A DNA stretch of 64,000 bases from Eledone cirrhosa (GCA_964016885.1 OZ024745.1:132928001-132992000); one strand, 5' to 3'; shown: positions 13,471 to 27,346, counted from the first letter of the stretch. The notes: a model not told the origin generated them from the sequence alone. Translations and numbers: made by a program.

Positions 13471-15757
13471 GCAATGTGAGAGGAAGGAACCAAAACAGTC
13501 GGATGACCTGAAAAACGCCAGCAAATCTGGCGGCACATAACGTCAGAGACGAGCAACTAGGCACGGAAAATGTTAAGAAATATCAGCTAAAATAATGAAC
13601 TAACGAGGTAAACAGCATCCTTGTCCAGGTGCTAACTAGCACCATCACAGAAATCAACAATCTAATCAACACTGCAAGGGTCTATATTACTAAAGATGTA
13701 TATCTGAAACAGACTACACAAATACATGGTGGAAAAGGAGAATTGAAGGGGGCATAAAATGCTTAGGAAACATATCAATATTCTGGAAAGAGAAACACGA
13801 GATGAGTTTAAAAAAGAGGGAAGTTTGAACAACTTACATTAAAGTACAATATCAGGAGAAAGAAGATTTCTCCGGTAATTGAGGGGCTGAAAAAAGGTTC
13901 TTGTCAGAGCTGCAAAGAATGTACTTTTCCAACAAAATCAGAAGAAATTATATCAGGAGGTAAATGGCATGGTTAGAAATGATGCTCTAATTCCTAATGC
14001 GGATGAAATTAAGATGTTTTGGAGTGATATATGCAGTGTAGAAAAAGGGCACAATAAAAGTGCTGTCGGGATGACTAACATCAAAACTGACATTGGGGAT
14101 AATCAACAGGCAGAATTGGAGATAACAATTTATATAGTAACTATACAGTGTTGAAATTGGAAAGCTCCCGGTGCAAGGATTCTGGTTGAAAAGGCTGAAG
14201 GTTCTTCATGGGAGAATTGCTGAGCAACTGAATAAGAATTGAAAGGAGAAAAGAGGTTACCAGAATGGCTAACATTTGGGAGAACGATTTTGTGTTTGAA
14301 GGATCCCAGCAATGGAAATGCATTTGACAACTTTAGACTTATCTCTTTCCTCCTTCATATGTGGAAACGTATGTCAGGTGTTATTGCTGAGGCAATGTCT
14401 GAATACCTGGAGGCGACACTACCTGCAGAGCAGAAGGGATGTAGGAGAGGAAGCAGCGGCACTACAGATTGTAAATGAAGACACACAAATCTTTCCATGT
14501 CCTGGATCGATTACCGCAATGCTTGCGACATGGTGCCACATAGCTGCATAGTAGAATGTTTGAAAATATTTGGCATTGCAGCTAACGTTAAGCAGTTTCT
14601 GTGGAGCAGTATGGATATTTGGAAGAATGAGCTGACAGGTAGACAAACATTGGGAGTTGTGAAGATTAAGAGAGGAATATATCAGGGAGGCAGTCTTCCC
14701 TTTTTGCTGTTTGTACTGTGTATGGTTCCAATTTCATTTGTCTTGAGAAGGTCAAAGCCTGGTTACGAATGGGGACATGAGTTTAAGATAACCGCCTGTT
14801 CATGGATGACCTAAAACTTTATGGGAAATCCTATGAACATATCAATTCCCTTGTACCGTCAGACAGTTCATACATTCAGTACAGGCATAGGGATGGAATT
14901 TGGCGTGGAGGGTACTACTACTGAAGCAGGGTAGATGTAATAAGAATGGAAGGTACTGAATTACCAGATGGACACGTTATGAAGGAAATTCATGATAACG
15001 GGTTTAAGTATTGAGGCATCCTAGAAACAGCCCAAATGAAAGAGAAGGAAATGAAAGAACTATTATCAAAGGAAAATATACGGAGAATGAAGTTGCTGTT
15101 AAAGACCAAGTTAAGTGGTAAAGATACGATACTGGCTATCAAAACATGGGTTGTTGTAGTGCTAATGTATAGCGCTAGTGTGATAGAGTGGAGATGTGAT
15201 GAACTTATGTAGGTTGGTAGAAAAACCAGGAAGGTGATGACACTACACGGGGCTCTGCACACTAAAGGTGACGTGGACAGGTTGTATCTATCATGATAGA
15301 GAGGCGGAAAATGTCTCGTTAGCCATGAAATGTGAGTGACATCAGAGGAAAATAGTCTGGCATGTTATGTGAAGAATTCAAAGAGAGATTGATGATAGGA
15401 GTAAGGAGGATAAAGATCCTAAACCGTGATGAAGCAAAGGAAAAGGGAGAATTTAAGCAAGACAGCCTGAGACATTTGACAAAGGATCTGGGAATGGACT
15501 AGGGAAAGTGACCTAAGAGTTGAAATTGAGGCCCTTACATTCGCGGTCCACGAGCAGGCACTGAGGACGATATCAAGTTCAATAATGTCAAGTCATTGAA
15601 TTCCCCACTGTGTAGGCTATGCGGTGAGAAATCTGAGTCAATAAACCACATTATTAGTGTAAGATGCTTTCCCAGAAAGAGTACAAGAGAAAACAACACA
15701 GCCAGACTAGTTCATTGTAAGCTCTGCCATAATTTTGATATGAGCAGAAGTGAGAAC
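13471..15757 (+). mobile_element. Decayed R4/Dong-clade LINE (RT, CCHC, start of RLE)
   Basis: [81 protein letters not shown]; many stops and frameshifts; starts after (TAA)4. Confidence 0.9.
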
Positions 15758-16592
15758 GCGTATTGCCCGACTTTCTAGCGTAGTGTGTTAGTAAATGTTT
15801 GTCGTGACAATTCACATGCAAATCGTCTCCAGGATAAACACTTATATGTTGTATGTATAATTTACCGAATCCGATATGTGACATAGAAATAATGTTCAAA
15901 TTTCGATTCCATTGCGATGATTGCTACAAATGATTACTAGACAACATGAAGGCAAAGTATCAATCAATTTTGGATGTCAAAATCTTAAAAACTTACCATA
16001 CATATTATTAAAAGAAACAAATTAATTATCTGAGATGTCATTTGATCATGGAATTTGAAATTCAAAAAATCAGTATATCATTGAATTATTCTGGTATAGT
16101 TTATTAAAATTGATATACGACATTAGCTGTAATTAACACGATTGTGTCAAACGTTTCGATATGTATTGCATTAAATTAGACCAAAGTAGCACAGTAATTG
16201 GTGAGAATTATATTTAGCATTTCTTGATAAAATTACTCTCTTCAATACAGCAGAAAAGTGATGTTTCCAACTTTATGCAGTGTTTAACTTGTCAAAGATA
16301 GAAAAATGTCTCTTATAGAGAATGAATCATGTCAATATAATGATACTAATCATAAACTGACTAAAGAAACATTCCGAGGCAAGGCTGTGGGTTTTCAAAT
16401 GGGAGAAAGTAACACTTAAGAGGAAATTTGAAATTTGAAAATCCCCATTAGTTAAACTAGAAAGCATAGTCTATAGTCTATCAATAGTATACAAGTAGAC
16501 TCACACATGCACACGCATGCATACACACATACACCACACACACACACACACACGCCAGATACACACACGCACACACACATATATATATACGA

Positions 16593-16634
<42 letters not shown>

Positions 16635-16640
<6 letters not shown>

Positions 16641-16902
16641 GATATTAATTTAACAATGAAAATATTAACAAAGTCAAGTTATTTTACCTATTCATATCAT
16701 TGTTTTTCGATAGTTTCGGAGGGTTGATCATATTGACATACTGACTGATCTATAGCAGTTATATAGCTGTATACTGTCAGACGTCATATATAGGTTCGAT
16801 CAGACCATCATTATCAGAAACAATCGTAAAACAATGATAAGAATAGGTAAAATAGCTTGAATTTGTTGTTATTATTTTCATTGTTAAATTAATATCGTAT
16901 AT
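16635..16902. repeat. Imperfect palindrome with outward-facing hammerhead 3' halves
   Basis: atatacgatattaatttaacaatgaaaata...tattttcattgttaaattaatatcgtatat; GAAA-CAATCG-TA at 16817-16828 and GAAA-CTATCG on the minus arm. Confidence 0.85.
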
Positions 16903-17049
16903 CAGACGCTGTAACTATGGAATTAACTGAGCGGAACACGGAACCTGTCTATGGATTTCATTGGATTACTTGCTGTCAGATTACTTTGAATTCTATCTAC
17001 GGTACGGACCCTACCACCAACGGTAGAACACATTGAATATGTATATATA

Positions 17050-17144
<95 letters not shown>

Positions 17145-17192
17145 CGGTGCGGGATGCTTAAAACCCCTGTAAGCGGTACAGAGCAGAGTAAG

Positions 17193-17498
17193 ATATCACA
17201 TAAGAAACGGAGAATCAGTGGTGCGACGAATAAAATTTATTGGACATATTACAATCGTTTTTCTGGCGCCCAGCTCGAAGCACGATGGATGTAATGATCG
17301 AACATGACTCGGAAATCGCAAGATCCTCAGATACGTCTCGATTCTACGTAGAATTGAGACGTATCTCAGGACCTTGCGATTTCAGAATCAGGTTCGATAA
17401 TTACATCGATCGTGCCTCGAGCTGGCCGCCAGAGAAACGATTGTAATATATCTAATAACTGTTATTCATCGCACCACTGATTCTTCCCTTCTTATGTG

Positions 17499-17502
<4 letters not shown>
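17193..17502. repeat. 310-bp spacer-less palindrome with hammerhead 3' halves
   Basis: Axis at 17347/17348 (attctac|gtagaat), arms in exact register; GAAA-CGATTG-TA at 17434-17445. Confidence 0.9.
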
Positions 17503-17529
<27 letters not shown>

Positions 17530-17532
<3 letters not shown>

Positions 17533-18350
17533 CTCTTATCACCATTAAAGCACACCACATCGCAAATCCACCGTATCTTATCTTACAAGCACAGACATTT
17601 TCTATCACTAATAACAACAGCAGACAGATGGATCCTCCAAGGACATCAAATATTATACCATTAACCAATAGAATGCAAGAAACAAACTCCTAACCAATCA
17701 GACGCAAGAGAAGCTAGCATTCTAAGAACACCCCCCTCAGTGAATAGGAATTCTATCTTTATAGACACATCCCTTCAACTTTCTTTCCCTCACATATGGT
17801 ATTAATCATCCAATATTGCCATTGTCACCCTCAATCTAAACTCCACAATCTACCCCCCCCCCTCAAACACCACCACCTTTATCACCCTTCACCCATGTAT
17901 ATCCAATCTTTTATCTGTCCATATATCTTCCAGTATACTTGTCTGTCTATTCTCTCTACCATTATTCTTTCATCCTAACGTCTGAATACCTATATCATAT
18001 GTTTATTTTATTTTTTATTCTTACTATTTTTTTACTTTTTCTTATTTATTCTTCAATTCTTATTTTCTCTTATTTTTCTCTTATTGTTTCAGATCTCACT
18101 ATACTTTTCATCTTCCTATTATGCATGCTGTTGTACACCCCAGTATAAATACGCTCTATCACCAATCCCGAACTAGTATTTTGATAATTTCGCTGATGTT
18201 AACAGTATTGAAAATCGAATTTGAAAGCAGCACCGCAGTTACCGATTTTTAGACACACCGAACCAATGAATCATTTGTTAATACTTATAAGCTATACAAT
18301 AGGAATAAACCCTAGTGTATAGCTTATCCGTGTTATTCTCCATTCCTTCA
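17530..18350 (+). mobile_element. PLE 3' fragment (GIY-YIG C-terminus remnant, 3' UTR, degenerate hammerhead)
   Basis: Remnant IIPL...E.N..R.R.....P..NR; pyrimidine-rich UTR; CTGATGT..GAAAgcagc..gcagtTA at about 18193-18241; AATAAACCCT tail; (TA)n on both sides. Confidence 0.5.
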
Positions 18351-18358
18351 TTATATAT

Positions 18359-18448
<90 letters not shown>

Positions 18449-18800
18449 GAGTAGATAATGTAATCAAATCTCAAAAGAGAGTAGAAATAAATATATAAGA
18501 TGTAAATGACAGCTGCAGGAAGTAGCAAATTGCTCAATAATTATTTCATGAAAATAAGCGTTGAGAGGAAAGCTAGGTTAGAACTAATAAAGTGTTAATG
18601 ATGCATATAGGAAATCAGCAGAGCATGTATATTCAAAATTAATTGGAGGAGAATCAACCAACTCCCATTACAAGTGTTTCTGGTTCAAAATACGTGTTGA
18701 ATTAGTATTCAAATTCAAACGGCAAAAGTTATTCGTTAATCAAAGTTTGCTAACACACAAATTCTTGCACCGTTTTCAGAATAAAGAAATATAAATAATG

Positions 18801-18981
18801 CTTTCTTATATAGGCACAAGGCCAGCAATTTGGGAGGAGGGTAAAGTGGAGTAAATCGATCCCAGCGCGTGACTGGTACTTTATTTTACCGACCCCGTAA
18901 GGATGAAAGGCAAAGTTAATCTCGGCGGGATTTGAACTCAGATCATGGCGTCCGACCCTCTGCTGATACTGCCAATCCACC
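18801..18981 (-). mobile_element. SINE S1 with internal deletion and 10-bp TSD
   Basis: TSD ataaataatg at 18791-18800 and 18982-18991. Confidence 0.9.
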
Positions 18982-19288
18982 ATAAATAATGGCACTTAAA
19001 ATTAACTCACATCAAGCAGTATACATGATTTATATATTGTTATACTTTGGGAGGGTCATATAGTTGTAACATCATCAGTGGTATTATGTTCCCTCATATT
19101 ATATTTTACTTTATTTCACTCTCCTCAGTTCTCACCGTATGTTTTGAATGTTTGCGGTAGCCATATTATACTCAGAAAGACGGTAGAGTGAGTAAGTATG
19201 TGTGTAGAGATTTATATATTTATGCATATGTGCGTGTGTATGTATGTGTATGTATATGTGTGTGCGTGCATTTATATGTATGTGTGTA

Positions 19289-19342
<54 letters not shown>

Positions 19343-19493
19343 TATATATGCGTGTGTGCATGTATGGCGATGTATGCATGAGTAAATGTGTGTATATATA
19401 TATGTGTGTCTGTATATATATATATATATGTGTGTGTGTATATGTATATATGTATATGTATGTATATATATATATATATATATATATACATAC

Positions 19494-19546
<53 letters not shown>

Positions 19547-19550
<4 letters not shown>

Positions 19551-19700
19551 TACGCACCCGTCAGATAAAATACAAAGGTTGGTTCACAGATAGTGACATA
19601 TCCAGTCTAGAACTTAAAGTAGTGAGTTCTATTTGAATAGTGAAGTAGAACTTCAAAACACAAGATGAACATGCTAACTGAAAAATATCGTTATGTTTAG
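19547..19700 (-). mobile_element. PLE family A copy ending in hammerhead stem II
   Basis: Minus: tattttat-CTGACGG-gtgcgtaccaa followed directly by (TA)n; upstream similar to 27025-27090. Confidence 0.6.
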
Positions 19701-20639
19701 ACGCTAGGTAAATTTAAATAATTATTAGGATTATTTTTTAATAAGAAAAGGAGTAAGGGGTTTTTATTTGGGTGGAAAAAAATTAAGGAAGTATTTTAAG
19801 AAAAAAATATATTAAAGCTAAGTATGTATATTTAAGTATCAGCCGTACTAGGAGTGAGAAATGAAATTTCAATGTTTCCATTTATATTAAAGCTACTAAC
19901 AGAATACTTATAGGAATGTGCGTATGTACGTATACAATTGTCCGGAACGTATTTGTCAGGGTGTAGAGAGAATGAAATACTATTTATATACTGGATATTG
20001 GTGTCTTTGTGATGGCTTGTGTCGGCCATATATTTTATTCTGGCAGGTCAACCTTTACCCAACGTTTCACGGATTAGGAGAACAGCGCCAACATATAATT
20101 CTTCGATGTATGACCAGCATTAGAAGTTTACTATAATCAATATTAGCTGTTTTGTCATTATATTGATATCTTTGCCGTTAGCTTCATCATCGTCGAAACA
20201 AATATTATGTATATAACGATAGTATCTAAGCTTTCATAAATTAGCAAGATTATTTTGTATGATGCATAATTATAATTTATTGACGTATAGTGTATAATAT
20301 ATTTACAAGTGAATAGGTCTTTGGAATTATACTAACCACAGTCTACATAAAATTGATTGAGTATTTTCCGGAGCAATATAAGTGTATAAGTGAAATTACT
20401 TTTGACAGTGGCATACCGTCATTAGTGGTATTATATTTTAAGTTTACCGATGCACTAATTCTTCTGGTTGAGTCCGAAATTTTGTCAAAGATGTTCGCAT
20501 TGATTCTGTCGATGAAAGTATACATGTAATTGATTCTCTCATTATATAGTTTTAGTTGAAGGATATACATCGTTTCAAATATAAATTGCTTTGTTATGGT
20601 GTATTTGTATAATTGTGCAAATAATTATATACTTTGCAC

Positions 20640-21230
20640 TCTTTTGAAAGCAAATAAAATCTTGCTTTTTGGAATATTGCCAATTCTGATTTTTGAATTT
20701 TCTGTACTACTAGAATATGTAAATACCCATGTGAAAATTCATCAAGCAGAGACCAATCTTCATTCTTTGTTTAGAAAGTATGAAGAAAATAGGTGTAATG
20801 TGGTATACTGCAAAATAGATCGGACACTAAAGGCTTTGGTGGAGACTTTCCATATGAATATGTCTACTTTGTCTATGACGACAGCAACATTTGTTCATGA
20901 GTATATTCAGCATATATCTATGGTTTGATTATATACTATATATTTCTCCTCTCATTTATACTGATGCTGACCATCATAATTTTAATGAGTGTAATATTTT
21001 CCCGAAGAAGTCTTGTAAAAGCAGCAGGAACACCTTCAATTATGTCTGGCATGTGAGCACCTCTCAAAATTTCGCACCGATGAGGTACGTATGCTTGCCT
21101 CTTGGATCACCAGCTTCCTAATATCTTTGTTTTGTATTTTCGACGTTGTAATTGTGGGCCCCTGTTAGTTTTGCCATGACCTCATCAGAAATATATTCAC
21201 TTTCTCGTACTCTGCACATATTCTTGTAAA
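20640..21230 (-). pseudogene. Possible heavily decayed Sola-like DNA transposase remnant
   Basis: Frameshifted minus translation F...HGKTNR....K...GDPRGKH and later IGLCLMNF; weak motif resemblance only. Confidence 0.25.
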
Positions 21231-21545
21231 TTTACAAAACGTATGTACTAGATTAGGAAGATCTAGAGTCACCATCGTACAGGCATAATTACAGATTTAT
21301 TGAAAACTATTGCGTATTTCTCACTGTATAATTAATTCTAGTTAGCTGATGTTTTCCCCATAGAATTTGTTAAATGCCAAATGGAAACCACTGGAGTCGT
21401 AAATGTTCTGCAGGTTCTGATTTGACATCTGCATTACCACAGTTAGAGATAAAATATGGCTCATCGACAAAATAAAGTTAATACTATTCCCTATAAATAT
21501 ATTTGCTTGCAAAAAAATTAGGAATCATAATTAAATCCATGGTTA

Positions 21546-21920
21546 GGGCGGTAGATTGACAGTATCGGTAGAGCGTCGGACAACATGCTGTGCATCATAT
21601 AATTACTTTCTGAATTGTCCCACCTTCCATCCTTACAGGATTGACAATGAATAGTACCAGTCACGCACTGGGGTCGATACATGCGACTTTCCCCTCCCCC
21701 CCAACTTGCTGGCCATGTGCCTCAATTAAAAAAACTATTATTAAAGTAATGGTTGAGTGGTGGATTGGCAAAATTGTTAGAGCGTCCAATAAAATGTGTT
21801 GTGATATTCGTTGAGGTTACATTACAACCGTGTGAGGTCAACAAAATTAGGGGTCAAATACGTAGTTATCTCACACTCAAACCAAACATTTGCTGGCCTT
21901 GCGCTTAAATTTGAAAACAA
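21546..21920 (+). mobile_element. Two adjacent diverged S1-type SINEs
   Basis: gggcggtagattgacagtatcggtagagcgtcggac (21546) and gtggtggattggcaaaattgttagagcgtc (21757), each with a tgctggcc 3' end. Confidence 0.75.
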
Positions 21921-23026
21921 AAACATTATGTAATGTGTTTTATGAAGCTGTGAGGCTACAACAAACAGCATCGTGTCTAATATAATTGATATAAAATTAT
22001 TTCTTGACAAACATTGGCAGCAATACGATCGTCAAATTATAACAACCCTGCAATCCCAATAAACGCAATGAGTAGCACAATCACTACGTTCATGACCATG
22101 ACTGGCTCTGGTTTTGTCAGTACTGTCTTTTAGAATATGTCCATATACAGGCAAGTTATTTTCAGTTCTTTGTATCGTGCTCTTGCATAAATATCGGTCG
22201 ATCATATATATAAAGTTGCAAGATAAGGTCAATAGCGCCATTAAGGCTGTTAATGTTGTTTATGTAGAGCTAAATCATTAACAAATCGGAAGCTTAGTTT
22301 TATGTGTTCAACAAATGTAATTACGCATATGCTTTGCTTTCTTAAAGCTCACTGGGTTTTCAAACCTAATTTTACTTCAAAGAGGCATATTATCAAAGAG
22401 CCGATACTGTATTATAATAGTAAATATGTTGGGGGTATTCTTAGATCTTGAAACGAATCTAATTTAAATTTATAGTTCAATTCATACTACGTTAACTGAT
22501 TGGTAACAATGATATCAGCAAATCGTTATACCAAGGTTAGTTTGGATCAATTCTTTAAGTTTTCCTGGCTTTGGCGGATGTTTCTTGCCCTCTCAAGCTG
22601 TTTGAATGCAAGGTCATACTACCGAGTTAGACATAGGATCGAAAGATAGAGAATAAAGCAATGATAAACATAGAAATAGAGATAGAGAGAACGTGAGTGT
22701 GTGAATGTATATGTGCGTGTGAGGAAGAGGGAGAGAGATCATTGCTGTGAGTTTGTGCATGTGTGTGCACGTAGATATATGTATGTGTGTATATTTGTGT
22801 ATGTATGTATGCAAGTGTGTATATATATGTATGCATGTCGTGTCCGCTAAACTTATTTGTATCTCAATACGGAATGTTATATATGATATAAGTATATATT
22901 TGTAGAGGCAGCAGAGTGTTCAAATCTAAGTTTAATGTACACGCACAAGCAGAGATACACCCAGACGCAAAACATTCCTCCCTATTGCTCTCTAATACAT
23001 ACATACATATGTATGAATATATATAT

Positions 23027-23135
23027 GTGAGTTCAAATCATGGATCGGGTGGTGTGTTGTATCCTTGAGCAAGACAACTTATTTCACATTGTTATAGATG
23101 AATCACCAGTAAAAATGATTTGCGACGTCACTGGT
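23027..23135 (+). mobile_element. CORE-type SINE S2, 5'-truncated
   Basis: gagttcaaatc..gtgttgtatccttgagcaagacaacttatttcac. Confidence 0.75.
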
Positions 23136-23197
23136 TAATATGTGCTGATGATAACTATTTTATTCTACGCGTATATATATATGGGGTCCTATTCTTT

Positions 23198-23260
<63 letters not shown>

Positions 23261-23749
23261 ATAAATGTAATCTGAGTTTTTCGAATATTGATAATACAAT
23301 TCGATTCGTTTGGAATTATGCAAACAACCCTCAATTTTATAGCCATGTCACTAGAATGAACCCTTCATTCTTGCTCTTGTGTTGGCATGTTAACAGAACT
23401 ATAACACAACTATAAATAAGGAGGGTAGTACTAAGTACTAAAATGTGGTCATTTTAGGATGTATATATATTAGTAAATTCTAATTTGTATACTACACCTA
23501 TATATTTGCCTTCACGAAATGAATTTCTAAAGTTTAAGGTACACATAGCTTTAGATATAGATTTCTCGATTATATCTATCTATTGTAATCCTAGTATGAA
23601 ATATGGAAACGAAGTTAAATCAATATTATATGGTTGTTAGTATGTGACATAGCAAAGATGTATTGTGGTATATGGTGTTTAAATTCGTTTATACTCTAGT
23701 TGGTTTATAACAATATATATCCAGTGACATTAGCAAAAATGCCAGACAA

Positions 23750-24050
23750 TGGAGAAATGTTACATATCTTACTGTGAATGTTTCGTTTAGGCGAACCTAT
23801 AATAGACTGCAAGTTATCAATTACAAGGAAAATGTAAGAGACCAACGGCAATAGGATAACGATCGGCATCTGGTCGATAATTTTAGAATGCAAAACAAAA
23901 TATCTAATACTAACATATACACAAAAAGCCGGTGTGAAAAACATTAAAAGATATATATATTGAAGAGATGAATTAATTGACAATTGATAGGGAACTGGAA
24001 AGATACAATGTTTAAGAGATTACTATTCAGGTTGACAGATACTGTGGAAC
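23750..24050 (+). mobile_element. Possible decayed LINE APE-endonuclease N-terminus (RTE-like)
   Basis: IDRELERYNV*EITIQ resembles the ELxRYNIDIxxxQE motif. Confidence 0.3.
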
Positions 24051-24399
24051 TTACGACTGTTTATTTATGGGCAAATATTATATTTGGTCAAATAGTTGTC
24101 GGTTACGTAGCTTAGGTATCAGCTAAACCTTTCGAAATTGTGTAATTCGACTAAATTACAGTATGATGGTTTATAAAATAATGCAGCTTCTATTTCTCTG
24201 AAATGCCAGAAAATATCTGATTCATAATTGAAGGATTTTTAAGGAATTTCATCCAAAGGTAGTAGATTTTAATTCCATTGTTTCATGTTCGTAAATATTT
24301 CTCATTTTTAACCTCTAATATAATTGTTATGATAGGAGGTTTATCCCATAATTAAGTGTACTGGTGTTTTATTTAAATATATATTCGAAGCCCATGAAA

Positions 24400-25040
24400 T
24401 TGCAGAATGTAACTCCTAGGAAGTCCCACAGTGGTTCCTATGTTTTTCTACTGAGTGTAGAAGTGCCAGAAGTTATTTTCCGTAAATGTCCTTAGATCGT
24501 CGGTTACAATTTTTTGTATGATTTCCACAGTACAAAATGATGACCATGAAACTTCGATTTCAATTGATCGAAAAGGTAGAAATCATACGAAGTTAGGTAT
24601 GGGGGTGTCGAAGAGTGCGAACGTTTTTCTTTGTCAGATATTCTCTAAGAAACATGTTGATTAAATATATATCAATTGCATTTTCACCCAAACCCGTTTT
24701 TCTGCATTCACCCTAACACTTAATCGGCGATTCTTTGATTCCACTTTTCGTCCATTTGTTGAGGATCTTGGGCCTCCATAACAAGGTTTATTTTGAAACA
24801 TTTTCTCGGTCCTCTTTGAAAGCTTTGTACAATTTAAAAATCATACGTCTCGATAGAAATGTTTCTGTGTCAGATTTATCGAGTTTCACACAAAATCTGA
24901 TTGTGTACACTTGTTCGATATTTTCCTGTATCGCAGATGTGACAGAGCTTATATATAAGTTTGTAGATAAACTGCATAAACACACGAGTGACTCAATCAT
25001 GTTGAAGAATATGTACGTGCTACCAAGGTCATAAACAACA
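24400..25040 (-). mobile_element. Internally deleted mariner (Mos1-like) transposon
   Basis: EQVYTIRFCVKLDKSDTETF/LSR..IF.LYKAFKEDRENV and NRRLSVR (HTH) joined to EYLTKKNV..L.HP..YDFYLFDQLK...HGHHF.TVEIIQKIVTDDL; DD core deleted; TIRs not recognised. Confidence 0.85.
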
Positions 25041-25239
25041 CGTTTTTTACACGAAAGAGGTGCTTCCTTAACATGTCGTATATACGAAATCCCGTATCCT
25101 TACATTTTGGACAAAACTCGTATATGACATGCTAAATTCTAAAACTGTATATAGAAATGAAGTAGACGAATTGCGTATTGAAACTTATTCGATGAAATAT
25201 TGTATAGGGACACATCAGTTCAGAGAGGCTTTCCACGAT

Positions 25240-26165
25240 AACTTAATAAATAGTATGCAGTGGGGTCGAACACCAACCGCATTGAGATGATCGGCTCTAC
25301 TCTCCAAGGGTACGAAGCGATAACAGTGCAAATTGAAACAGGAAAGTTGGTGGGCCTGCTGCTCAGGACCTGGAGAGGAATATCCATGCCGTCCGACAAC
25401 GTCTTTGAGGATATGGATAACTCCCAGAAATCCCTGGCCTGACACTGCTGCTAAAGAGCTTTGCCATTTCGAAATCAGTTCTACAGCTATGGAAGTGCAG
25501 TCAGCCGAGCCTGCCCGAGGTGAACGGATGGCGACAAAACTATCCTGTACGCACTCGACAAGCGTCCGAGTATTGTTGACCTGTGGCTTTATATCGATCC
25601 CCTGCAGTCAGATGTAAGACGGATCCGACTATCAACTGAGTTCAATGTGAGACGAAGAACAGGCAGTTTTAATATGCATGGTGGTCATGGCGAAAGAGGT
25701 CGTGTGGTGGACGCGTTTGAAAAGGTTGACACGTCCATGATTAACCTTTTCAAAGCCCTGATTAACCTTTTCAAAGCCCTGATTAACCTTTTCAAAGCCC
25801 TGATTAACCTTTTCAAATTTCACTTGGAGATGATAATCGGGGTGGAGAGGGAAGCGTTGCCTTCCAACCAGTTTGAGATGTGCGTGAGAGTGACGAACGT
25901 GGTCCATGTGAATGAGTCTTTCTTGAGCATACACCTGTAGATTGGAGTAGAAACACTGGGAGATGGGAGTTTGCCCTAGCGGACAGGGTGACCGTGGTTT
26001 TTGTGGGAGTTCTACACGAGTGACCCTTAGATTCTCTCAACTTTGGGGAAGTTGTTTGTTTTAAATATTTATTTTCTTAATCTCTTTTATAAATTTTATT
26101 TTACATAAAGCCCACACAGTATTGTCCATGTTTCCTTAATGTAGACCCTGTGCGGATAACAAAGA
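25240..26165 (+). mobile_element. L1/Tx1-clade LINE 3' remnant
   Basis: GSTLQGYEAIT..GLLLRTWRG; DNSQKSLA..ALPFRNQ...CPR; MAKEVVWWTR; LINLFKFHL; T-rich 3' UTR. Confidence 0.75.
25738..25817 (+). repeat. 21-bp tandem repeat, about 3.8 copies
   Basis: tgattaaccttttcaaagccc, essentially perfect copies. Confidence 0.95.
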
Positions 26166-26191
26166 AATGATTATTGTTATAGAAGGAAATA

Positions 26192-26378
26192 ATTGTTTCT
26201 ATTTTAGGCACAAGGCCAGCAATTACCCAGTGCATTACTGGTACTTTATTTTATCGACCCCGTAAGGATGAAAGGCAAAGTCAACCTCGGCGGGATTTGA
26301 ACTCAGATCGTAAAGGGACGTAACTATGCTGGAATGCATGGCGTCCGACCCTCCACCGATACTGCCAATCCACCGCCC
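26192..26378 (-). mobile_element. Full-length SINE S1 with 15-bp TSD
   Basis: TSD ttatagaaggaaata at 26177-26191 and 26379-26393. Confidence 0.95.
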
Positions 26379-26742
26379 TTATAGAAGGAAATAGTGAATG
26401 TGAATGTAATTATGTGGTGTAGGTGTGGATAAAGAATTCCTAAAATATGTTTCTATATTGACATCTTCTGCATTCTGAATCTTTGTTTGAAGATTAGGGG
26501 CTAAATTGGTGAGAAGTTCACACTATGCTCCTTTTCCTCTTAATTTCAATTAGTTTCAATTTGAAAACATTGATTTTAAAAAATCCTTCAACTGAAGCAA
26601 TTATGACTGACCTAAGGCAATCCATACACCCACAACCCCACACACAGACATATATCCACACATACACACACATACACACAATTACACACGCACATACACA
26701 CATATACACAGACACACACACACTCATATATATATGTATATG

Positions 26743-26862
<120 letters not shown>

Positions 26863-26978
26863 GCAACGAGAAATGCTTTCCCATTAATCTTTCCACAGTG
26901 TTCTTTTATTATCAAAATTATTTGTTTCCAATTCTATTGGCTGCTAATTTGAAATGGTGATATTGTAATATGGAAATT

Positions 26979-27230
26979 ATTTTCAAGGGTATCAAAACTT
27001 TGGTACGCTTTTATCAGATAAAATACAAAGTTTGTTTTATAAATAGTGATATACCTAGGAATCAGACCTTAACGATTCAAGTTCTATTTGGGCAAACAGA
27101 ACTTGAACCATTAAGGTCTGATTCCTGGGTATGTCACTATTTATAAAATAAATTTGGTACCCTTGAAATATATATAATAGAATAAATATGGTTTTATAAA
27201 GATAGTTTCCATTTATTAATATCGATATTA
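26979..27230. mobile_element. PLE family A fold-back inverted pair
   Basis: Axis at about 27091; minus arm has CTGATAA-stemII-GAAA, plus arm has lost CTGATGA but keeps GAAA-tatata-TA^atagaata and the family A tail. Confidence 0.8.
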
Positions 27231-27268
27231 CGAGCTGAGGATCGGCTAAGGTGAAACAATTGTTCTCG
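27231..27268 (+). ncRNA. Degenerate minimal hammerhead
   Basis: cgag-CTGAGGA-tcggctaaggt-GAAA-CAATTG-TT^ctcg; stem I and palindromic stem III present, stem II poorly paired. Confidence 0.5.
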
Positions 27269-27346
27269 GTATGGTGAACTAACAGTTGTGTAACCACTTA
27301 TATATATATATATATATCGTATATCATACATATATATATATCGTAT

